This document shows positions 9,980 to 17,768 of a stretch of DNA of 22,187 bases, piece by piece; within the stretch, counting starts at the first letter, position 1; every line of letters starts with the position of its first letter. The DNA is from an uncultured Dictyoglomota bacterium (GTDB lineage Bacteria; Dictyoglomota; Dictyoglomia; Dictyoglomales; Dictyoglomaceae): NCBI GenBank assembly GCA_964654465.1, contig CAZZIO010000004.1:1-22187 (forward strand). The letters run 5' to 3'. Under the pieces are notes generated by a model. That model worked only from the letters and a program-made list of their open reading frames with translations. It had not been told where the DNA came from and ran no database searches. Made by a program: the position numbers and the translations under genes.

Positions 9980-10954
9980 TTATTCTTTCACCTTCTCTAA
10001 TATGTCTTCTATTATTTCATCTGTGGTTATTCCTTCAGCTTCTCCTTCAAAGCTCAATATTATTCTGTGCCTTAATGCAGGAATGGCTACCTTTTTGATA
10101 TTTTTGAAACTTACGTTTGATTTACCTTCTATTAGGGCTAAAGCCTTTCCTCCAAGAATTAGAGCTTGGGCTCCTCTTGGACTTGCCCCATATCTTACAT
10201 ATTTTTTTACCTTTTCTGTAGCATGGGGGCTTTCGGGATGTGTCGCCAGTACAATCTTTACAGCATATTCTTTTACAGCCATTGGTATAGGTACACTTCT
10301 TACAATTTTCTTTAATTCTTCTATAGTATTACCGTCTGCCACTTTATTAACCTTAGGTGTCTCAATATTTGTAGTTCTTTCAATAATCTCTAATAGTTCC
10401 TCTTGGGATGGAGGGGTAAGAATAAGTTTAAAGAAAAATCTATCAAGTTGGGCTTCGGGTAATGGATAAGTTCCTTCCATCTCAATAGGATTTTGGGTTG
10501 CCATTACGAAGAAGGGTTTTGGAAGGCTATATATTACTCCTCCAGATGTAACACTTCCTTCTTGCATAGCTTCTAATAAGGCAGATTGGGTTTTAGGTGT
10601 AGCTCTATTTATTTCATCTGCTAATACTATATTGGCAAAGATTGGACCTTCTTGGAATTTGAAATATTTTCTTCCGTTTTCATCCTCTAAAATGATGTTG
10701 GTACCAGTAATATCTGCAGGCATAAGGTCCGGAGTAAATTGAATACGAGAAAATTTCAAATCCAAAATTTCACTTAAGGTTCTTACAAGTAGAGTTTTTC
10801 CAATACCAGGTACTCCCTCTAAAAGTACATGTCCTCCTGAGAGAAGAGATATAATAGTAAAATTAATAATTTCATCATATCCAACGATTACTTTACTTAT
10901 CTCCTTTTTGATTCTATCTACCACAGCTGTAAAATCTTGTATTGATAAAGTCAA
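9980..10954 (-). CDS. moxR: MoxR family AAA+ ATPase
   Basis: GHVLLEGVPGIGKT (Walker A), RIQFTPDLMPADITG, LADEINRATPKTQSALLEAMQE, ATQNPIEMEGTYPLPEAQLDRF, GASPR. TTG start with SD AAGGAGG at 10964-10970. Confidence 0.96.
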   Translation of the reverse strand: MTLSIQDFTAVVDRIKKEISKVIVGYDEIINFTIISLLSGGHVLLEGVPGIGKTLLVRTLSEILDLKFSRIQFTPDLMPADITGTNIILEDENGRKYFKFQEGPIFANIVLADEINRATPKTQSALLEAMQEGSVTSGGVIYSLPKPFFVMATQNPIEMEGTYPLPEAQLDRFFFKLILTPPSQEELLEIIERTTNIETPKVNKVADGNTIEELKKIVRSVPIPMAVKEYAVKIVLATHPESPHATEKVKKYVRYGASPRGAQALILGGKALALIEGKSNVSFKNIKKVAIPALRHRIILSFEGEAEGITTDEIIEDILEKVKE

Positions 10955-10969
10955 TTTGTTAAACCTCCT

Positions 10970-12218
10970 TTACTGAGAAAAATAGGTTTTTAAAATCTCT
11001 TTAAATTCTAAAGGGAGAATTCTTGATGATACTGCTTTCTCCTTAGCATAAGAAGGATTGAAAGATAGGCTCTTATCTTGAGAAAGTCTTCTTCCTTCTA
11101 AGGTTGGTGCTTGAAATAGATAATTTTTGCCCAGTTCTTCAGATTGAGATGGTGGTACATATATCTTCTCTCCTGTAAAGACTTTTCTTTGAGTTTCTTG
11201 ACCAAGTTTATCTGGCCTTTCTTCTGTACCTGGTAAGTTTCCTAATTTTGCATTTTTATCTACCTCTTTCCCACTCTCTGTAGGAACTGGTAATGTTCCC
11301 TCTTGATTTGATGGAGTTTCACTACCCTTCATATCTTCCTTAAGAGCTTTTTCATCTTGAAGAGTGCTCTTTTCTTTGGATTCATAAGGATTAGCATAAG
11401 CGTAGGATTTTCCTGCTCCTTGGAAGGGAAGATTACTTATATTCTGCTCTTTTCCCTCTTCTCCCTTTTCTTGATTATTATTTTTACTTGATGCTTCTTT
11501 TCTTTCTTCTTTATGTTTTTCAGCTTGATTATTTTCTTTTTTTAGGGTATTTTTATCCAAGTTATATTGGGATAGAAATTCTTCTAAGGATTTTGGTTTT
11601 TCCATTTCTTTTAACTTCTCTTTGTCAAACTCTTCTTGAGATATCTTTTCTTTTGGAATATTCTTCTTGGAAAGTTCTTCGTTAAGAGCTAACTTTTCTT
11701 CAGGTATTCTACTGACCTTACTTTCTTGATTTTCTTTGTTTTCCAATATATGAGGAATACTTTTTGGCATATCCTTAGAGGTTATAAGATTTAGTATTAA
11801 AAGAAATACAAAGATAAGGAATAGAATTTTCAAAAGAGGAGAGGGTTTAAATTTGTAAGCCTTTGATAAGTCTATTTTAGAAAGCTTTTCTTCTAATCTT
11901 TTTCTTAATCTTTCCATAAGTCCGTATGGATCATCGTAATCTTTGTATTCCCAAAAAGTTATTAACTCTTCATCTAAAGAGAAATATTTATCTGTTTGAA
12001 GAATTATCTGATAATAATTAGGTTTCTTCTTTTTTATAAAATATAAATAAAAAATAGGGAATGGAAGAAGAAGGATAAAAAAGTTCATTTTCACGGAAAG
12101 AAGATTAAAAATGAGAATAGTGTTTAAAAAAATTAATATAGAAACAAAAATGATATCGAGAAGGTGGTAGGAATTTACTTTATTAATAAGTTTTTCTATG
12201 TTATCAAAAAAATCTCAT
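10970..12218 (-). CDS. Membrane protein with a charged low-complexity linker (MoxR-cluster type); likely true start ATG12218 is disconnected by a +1 frameshift
   Basis: The ORF-track frame (GTG12094) stays open upstream to 12214 (DFFDNIEKLINKVNSYHLLDIIFVSILIFLNTILIFNLLS). ATG12218 overlaps the upstream TGA (ATGA) and has SD AAGGAG at 12229-12234, but reads MRFF* because of a T7 run at 12206-12212. The C-terminus ILPLEFKEILKTYFSQ resembles the ending I associate with this cluster type. Confidence 0.7.
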
Positions 12219-12955
12219 CTTTTATCAACTCCTTGATAATATTTTAACCTTTTTTCGGCGATAAGTATAGAGATTAAAAAAATAATTAAGTAGAAAATTA
12301 TAATAATAGGAAGGTCTCTTGAAGGGTAAAAATTTACCTTTAAATATAGGATGTTTTCTGCCTTTACAAGCCAGAGGATGTTATTTAAAGGAAATAAAAA
12401 GAAGGTTGATGGGAAGAGAAAGGGAAAAATTATAAATAGGATATAGGTGGTCCAGTGGAGAAGCCAGTTTATAGATGGATTGGAAAAGGTTGACCAGAGA
12501 ATTCCTAATCCCATAATGGGAAGGGAATCTAAAAGAAGAAGAAAGTAAAGAATAATTATTTTTGAAAAATCAACAGAGAAACCTATCATTAAATTAAAGG
12601 GAAGAAGGATAAGAAGGATAAAGATAAGATAAAGTAAGTTAGATAAAAATCTTCCCCTTATTATTTCTCTTATTTTAAATGGTGAAAAGCGAGCAAGGTT
12701 TATAATCTTAAATTCTCTTTCTGCAATAAGATTTCCTGAGAAAGTAAGGGAAGAAAGGTATGTTATGAATATGAAATGAGCAATGGAAAATATAAGAAAA
12801 AGATCTGTTATAGAATACTTATTTAGATCAAAGGATTTAGATGGCCAAATTATGACGGTAATTAGGGTTATGATAAAGAAATAAGTATAGATAATTCTTA
12901 GATATTTCTTATCAGAAATTTTTGCTTTTAAATCAATAAACCACCATATTCTCAT
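12215..12955 (-). CDS. ABC-2-type permease-like membrane protein
   Basis: About 6 TM segments and the motif IAERE...I.L.R.SP....EIIRGRF, which resembles the ABC-2 'ERE.GTLE.L..TP....I..GK' signature. Confidence 0.7.
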   Translation of the reverse strand: MRIWWFIDLKAKISDKKYLRIIYTYFFIITLITVIIWPSKSFDLNKYSITDLFLIFSIAHFIFITYLSSLTFSGNLIAEREFKIINLARFSPFKIREIIRGRFLSNLLYLIFILLILLPFNLMIGFSVDFSKIIILYFLLLLDSLPIMGLGILWSTFSNPSINWLLHWTTYILFIIFPFLFPSTFFLFPLNNILWLVKAENILYLKVNFYPSRDLPIIIIFYLIIFLISILIAEKRLKYYQGVDKR

Positions 12956-12962
12956 ATTTTCC

Positions 12963-14471
12963 TCATCCTTCTATAGGAATTATAATAATCCCGTCTATAC
13001 TTTTTTGGGTTTTAATATTTAAAATCTTTACATGGTTCAGGGGCTCATCTATTCTTCCCCAAATTATTAATTTATCTCCAATAGGAGGTATTATCCTATA
13101 TTTTTTTATGAATTCGTTTAAAAGAGAAGGCTCTTTTAATCCACTTTTCCAGATAATGAACTCTTTATATGCGTTTTTAGGAATATATCCCACATAATTT
13201 TCTTTATTTCCATGCTTAAATACACAATCTTTTATATTTATAGGAGAATTGTTGGAGATCTCCAATATATATCTATCATTTAACTCCTTAATTTTAATAT
13301 CTATGGGTATAAAATGATAAGATATGCCTTCTAAAAAATATATTCTATTTCTTTCCAGGGATAAATTGGCTCTTTGATTATTGATATCTACCAATAGAGT
13401 AGTTTTGTTTTTTTGAGGCTGATAGTAGGCATTATAGAGAAGAAATATATTGGGGGGATATTCTATAGTGATATCTCTTTTGAAGGGAGAAAAAAGAGAT
13501 ATATGGATAAGGTTTTCTGCAACATATGTATTTTTATCAAGAAAAATTAGATATTTTTCTCCATAGGCTATGGCATCCTTGGTAAAGGATTGGTTTATCC
13601 CAAAACCTATTAATGATGAAAAAATAATTATGAATAAGAAAGAGATAAAAGAGTATCTTTTCTGAAAAAGAAATCTTATCCAAAGAAAGATAAGGATAAA
13701 GTACAGAGATAAAAAGATAAGGATCTGCCATCTATCAGGATAAAGGAACATTTGGCCTTGTAATGTAGAAGGATCAGGTGTGTATAGGAAAGTGTTATGA
13801 GGAATGCTTATAGTATAAGGTGTGGGTTTTATAGATTTGGAAAGTTTATTTATTTCATCGTTAAATAAGACCCTTTTTGTAAATATCTTTGCCATTATTA
13901 AAGAATTTTTTATAGAGTTTGAAAAGGAGTTAAATAAATTCCTATCTATAATTATTAAATCGTAGTTGTCATAAGCTTTATAATTGATAGGTAAAAGCTT
14001 CTCATCATATACTCTTACTATTCTTGCTTTTTTAAAGAAATCTATCTTTGGTATTTCTCTTCCTATTATTAATACAAGGGGTAAGGTTATTCTTTCTAAT
14101 GAAAAATCTATTTTCTCTTCTTTGATAGTCTTATTATCTTTTAAAACTCTGGCTCTAACTGGATAGCGGAAATCTATTGGGGGAAGGAGAAATTCAAACC
14201 TTTTTTGAGAAAGAGGTGGTACTTCTACTTCTTTCTTGTATGTGGATTCACAATACCCTGCATATCGAAGTCCCTGAGTATATATTACTTCTAATATGAG
14301 TTTTACTTTGTTTCCTTCATTATAGATCTCAACAAATAGGGGGAGGAATCTATCAATTCTCCATTCAGAATTTATACCTAAGGAAAAATCTATCTTAATA
14401 TCTTGTGCGTATAAGATATTTATTATGAATATGGTTAAAATAATTAATTTTATAAAAACCTTTTCTCTCAT
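12963..14471 (-). CDS. Exported/membrane hypothetical protein, first gene of the MoxR/vWA operon
   Basis: Signal peptide (..ILYA-Q), a G.NSEWR....LP.FVEI.NEG N-domain, a central TM pair and a beta-rich C-domain. Confidence 0.7.
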   Translation of the reverse strand: MREKVFIKLIILTIFIINILYAQDIKIDFSLGINSEWRIDRFLPLFVEIYNEGNKVKLILEVIYTQGLRYAGYCESTYKKEVEVPPLSQKRFEFLLPPIDFRYPVRARVLKDNKTIKEEKIDFSLERITLPLVLIIGREIPKIDFFKKARIVRVYDEKLLPINYKAYDNYDLIIIDRNLFNSFSNSIKNSLIMAKIFTKRVLFNDEINKLSKSIKPTPYTISIPHNTFLYTPDPSTLQGQMFLYPDRWQILIFLSLYFILIFLWIRFLFQKRYSFISFLFIIIFSSLIGFGINQSFTKDAIAYGEKYLIFLDKNTYVAENLIHISLFSPFKRDITIEYPPNIFLLYNAYYQPQKNKTTLLVDINNQRANLSLERNRIYFLEGISYHFIPIDIKIKELNDRYILEISNNSPINIKDCVFKHGNKENYVGYIPKNAYKEFIIWKSGLKEPSLLNEFIKKYRIIPPIGDKLIIWGRIDEPLNHVKILNIKTQKSIDGIIIIPIEG

Positions 14472-14481
14472 TCCACTTTAA

Positions 14482-14504
14482 ATTATACAATCTTATAGTA
14501 AAAT
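14482..14504. promoter_or_regulatory. Back-to-back divergent -10 elements
   Basis: TATAAT on the minus strand (14487-14482) lies 10 nt before ATG14471. TAAAAT on the plus strand (14499-14504) lies 7 nt before ATG14512. The spacer is only 40 bp. Confidence 0.55.
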
Positions 14505-14511
14505 ATTCATT

Positions 14512-15363
14512 ATGATGGCCTATATATTTTTGCTTGGAAGAATTATTCTTTTAGGTTATGAAAAAATTGTAGTTAAGAAGGTAGGAACAGATAGTAATAG
14601 TATAGTTACATCTTTTTTATTTTTTGGTATTGCTGTTTTATTTTTACTTCCCTTCGCCATTATCAATCCTTCTTTTGATTTATCCACTCTTAAATATGGC
14701 ATCCTTAGTGGATTCATATATTCCATCTCCTTTGTGTTATACGTTAAATCCCTTTCCATTGGTGAAGCTTCTCTTGTTGGTCCATTATATAATTTCAATG
14801 TTTTCTTTCTTCTTATTCTTACCAGTATATTTTTAAAGGAGCCTTTTACCATATCAAAGATTGTGGGACTTTCTTTATTAGTATATGGAGCTTCCTTTTT
14901 AAATCGCCAAGAAAATCTATATAAATCTCTCTATGGGCTCTTTAAAAGAAAGGATACCCTTTTTATGATGGGAAGTTCTTTTCTTATTGCTATTGGTAGG
15001 ACTATTGATGGATTTGTAGTTGGTAAGATAGATTCTCTTTTTTATTGCTTTTTCTTGTATCTTGTTATTACTATATATCAGTTTTTTTATATACTTCTTA
15101 GAAAAGAATTAAAGGAAATATTCAAACTCTTAAAAGAAAAGACTTTATTAGTAACTATAGCTGCAGGTATTAATGCTTATTCTTATATGTTTCTTCTTAT
15201 TGCTTTCAGAAGTATAGATGTAAGTGTTGCTGAACCCCTTTCTATGTTGAGTATGTTGGTCACTTTGTTTCTTGCTAAAAATGTCTTTAAAGAAGATATA
15301 AGAAAGAGAATAATAGGGGTTATAATAATGATCTTGGGGGCATGGATTTTGAATTGGAGGTAG
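14512..15363 (+). CDS. EamA/DMT family transporter
   Basis: About 10 TM segments in two repeats: LSIGEASLVGPL...FLKE and IDVSVAEPL...FKE...RIIG...MILG. Confidence 0.9.
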   Translation: MMAYIFLLGRIILLGYEKIVVKKVGTDSNSIVTSFLFFGIAVLFLLPFAIINPSFDLSTLKYGILSGFIYSISFVLYVKSLSIGEASLVGPLYNFNVFFLLILTSIFLKEPFTISKIVGLSLLVYGASFLNRQENLYKSLYGLFKRKDTLFMMGSSFLIAIGRTIDGFVVGKIDSLFYCFFLYLVITIYQFFYILLRKELKEIFKLLKEKTLLVTIAAGINAYSYMFLLIAFRSIDVSVAEPLSMLSMLVTLFLAKNVFKEDIRKRIIGVIIMILGAWILNWR

Positions 15364-15366
15364 GTT

Positions 15367-16437
15367 ATGAATATATGTTCACCTCTTTTAGAGATTAATT
15401 TGAAGGCTATTTATCATAATGCTAAATTAATTGTAGAAAAGGGAAAGGAAATGGGAATATATATAGATGGAGTTACAAAGGTCTCCTTAGGGGATCCTAA
15501 AATAGCAGATATTCTTGTAAAGGCTGGGGTAAGAGGACTTTCTGATTCTCGGATTGAGAGCATAAAAAGAATGAGAGAAGAGGTAGATATAGAGTATACT
15601 CTTATTAGGCTTCCTTGCTTTTCTCAAGTGGAAGAAGAAGTAAAGTATGCAGATGTTTCTTTAAATTCAGAGATTATGACTTTAAGGGCTTTAGAGGAAG
15701 CTTCAGAAAGATTAGGAAAAAAGCATAAGGTAATAATTATGGTAGAGATGGGGGATATTAGAGAAGGAATATGGAAAAAAGATGAACTGATAATGGTGGT
15801 AAAGGAAGTTCTTAGGATGAAAAATTTAGAACTCTATGGTCTGGGTACTAATTTTACATGTTTTGGGGGTGTAGTACCTACTGTAGAGACTTATTGGGAA
15901 TTTATAGATTTAGTGGAAAAAATTGAAAAAACTTTTTCTATAAATTTGCCTCTTATATCTGCTGGAAATTCCAGTAGTATTCCTCTTCTTTTTGAAGGGA
16001 AAATTCCAAAAAAAATAAATCATCTGAGAATTGGCGAAGGAATTATGCTGGGGAAGGACACTGCTTTTAGAAATCCTATTCCAGGGGCTCGTCTTGATAC
16101 CTTTAGATTTATAGGGGAGATCTTAGAGATAAAGGAAAAGCCATCGATGCCTTGGGGAGTTATAAATGAGGATGCCTTTGCCCATAAGCCTTCCTTTGTA
16201 GATAAAGGGATAAGGAGAAGAGCTCTTATGAATTTTGGAAGACAAGATATTGATCCTCAAGGAATTATTCCTGAAATTCCAGGTATTGAAGTATTAGGAG
16301 CTACATCAGATTATACAGTAGTGGATATAGGAGATTATGATCTTAAAGTAGGAGATAGTTTAAGCTTTTCCTTAAATTATTCTGCCCTTCTTCAAGCCTT
16401 TACATCTCCTTATGTGAAAAAGATATATAAAGAATAA
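15367..16437 (+). CDS. PLP-dependent alanine/ornithine(lysine) racemase family enzyme
   Basis: GVTK (PLP Lys), DSRIE, DVSLNSE, MVEMGDIREG, GLGTNFTCFGG, SAGNSS, NHLRIGEG, GRQD, GATSD. This is the Orr/Lys-racemase-type subfamily rather than canonical Alr. Confidence 0.88.
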   Translation: MNICSPLLEINLKAIYHNAKLIVEKGKEMGIYIDGVTKVSLGDPKIADILVKAGVRGLSDSRIESIKRMREEVDIEYTLIRLPCFSQVEEEVKYADVSLNSEIMTLRALEEASERLGKKHKVIIMVEMGDIREGIWKKDELIMVVKEVLRMKNLELYGLGTNFTCFGGVVPTVETYWEFIDLVEKIEKTFSINLPLISAGNSSSIPLLFEGKIPKKINHLRIGEGIMLGKDTAFRNPIPGARLDTFRFIGEILEIKEKPSMPWGVINEDAFAHKPSFVDKGIRRRALMNFGRQDIDPQGIIPEIPGIEVLGATSDYTVVDIGDYDLKVGDSLSFSLNYSALLQAFTSPYVKKIYKE

Positions 16438-16454
16438 ATTAGGGGAGTGATATT

Positions 16455-17768
16455 ATGAGAAGAAAAGTCATTATAATGGGGGCAGGTGGGAGAGACTTTC
16501 ATAATTTTAATGTCTATTTTAAAGATAATTCTGATTATGAGGTAGTAGCTTTTACTGCTACCCAGATTCCTGGTATAGAAGGAAGAATATATCCACCTGA
16601 ACTTGCTGGAGAACTTTATCCCAATGGTATTCCTATAATTAGTGAGGATAGATTGGAAGAAACCATTAAAGAATATAATGTGGATGAAGTAATTTTTTCA
16701 TATAGCGATGTATCCCATGAGTATGTGATGCAGAGAGCAAGTCTTGTATTATCTCTTTCTGCAGATTTTAAAATTCTTGGAACGGAGACCATGTTAAAAA
16801 GTGAAAAGCCAGTTATAGCTATTTGTGCAGTAAGAACAGGATCAGGGAAAAGTCAAACCTCAAGATATGTGGTTAAAACTTTAAGAGAAAGAGGATTTAA
16901 AGTAGTAGTGGTAAGGCATCCTATGCCTTATGGTGATCTTTTAAAACAGAGGATTCAGAGATTTGAAAAATTAGAGGATTTGGATAAATATGAATGTACT
17001 ATAGAGGAGAGAGAGGAATACGAGCCCCATCTTAAAGAGGGGGCTATTTTATATGCAGGAGTAGATTATAAAGAGATATTAAAGGAAATAGAAAAGGAAG
17101 CAGATATAATAGTTTGGGATGGAGGGAATAATGACTTTCCCTTTTATAAGCCTGATCTTTTTATCACTGTAGTTGATCCTTACAGAGTAGGTCATGAATT
17201 ATCTTACTTTCCGGGGGAGATTAATGTATATCTTGCAGATATAATAGTGATAAATAAGGTAGATACTGCTCCTTCTGAGAATATTAATAGGGTAATGGAG
17301 AATGTGAGAAAGAGAAATAAGAAGGCAAAGATTGTTTTAGCAAAATCACCCATAATATCCGAGAAGGAAGAAGATATTAAAGGAAAGAGAGTATTGGTGA
17401 TAGAAGATGGACCTACTGTGACTCATGGAGAAATGCCTTTTGGAGCTGGATATCTATTTGCAAAGGAGAGAGGGGCTATATTGGTGGATCCTAGACCTTA
17501 TGCAGTTGGAAGTATAAAGGAGGCTTATGAAAAATATAAACATATAGACAAGGTACTTCCTGCTTTGGGTTATAGTAAAGAACAATTAAAAGAGCTGGAA
17601 GAAACTATTAATAATGTAGATTGTGACTATGTAATTATAGGAACTCCTGTAGATTTGAGATCTGTGATAAATATAAGACATAAGACTATAAGAATTTATT
17701 ACCATTATGAAGATGCAGGAATTCCCACATTAAAGGAATTAATAATGGATTTTGTAAGTAAGTTTTAA
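16455..17768 (+). CDS. COG2403 P-loop protein: cyclic 2,3-diphosphoglycerate synthase-like / arginine synthetase (ArcE)-like
   Basis: IMGAGGRDFHNFN, AFTATQIPGI, AVRTGSGKSQTSR, RHPMPYGDL, TIEEREEYEPH, WDGGNNDFPF, EDGPT.THG, DPRPYAVGSI, LPALGY. Confidence 0.85.
   Translation: MRRKVIIMGAGGRDFHNFNVYFKDNSDYEVVAFTATQIPGIEGRIYPPELAGELYPNGIPIISEDRLEETIKEYNVDEVIFSYSDVSHEYVMQRASLVLSLSADFKILGTETMLKSEKPVIAICAVRTGSGKSQTSRYVVKTLRERGFKVVVVRHPMPYGDLLKQRIQRFEKLEDLDKYECTIEEREEYEPHLKEGAILYAGVDYKEILKEIEKEADIIVWDGGNNDFPFYKPDLFITVVDPYRVGHELSYFPGEINVYLADIIVINKVDTAPSENINRVMENVRKRNKKAKIVLAKSPIISEKEEDIKGKRVLVIEDGPTVTHGEMPFGAGYLFAKERGAILVDPRPYAVGSIKEAYEKYKHIDKVLPALGYSKEQLKELEETINNVDCDYVIIGTPVDLRSVINIRHKTIRIYYHYEDAGIPTLKELIMDFVSKF

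Noticed and set aside
10002-10469. 155-aa + strand ORF antisense to moxR
   Set aside because: Shadow ORF opposite a highly conserved gene; Ser/Ile/Phe-rich antisense composition and no recognisable motif.
16455-17768. Assignment as a true cyclic 2,3-diphosphoglycerate synthase (cpgS)
   Set aside because: No adjacent 2-phosphoglycerate kinase, and the context is amino-acid metabolism. The gene symbol is withheld pending phylogeny.
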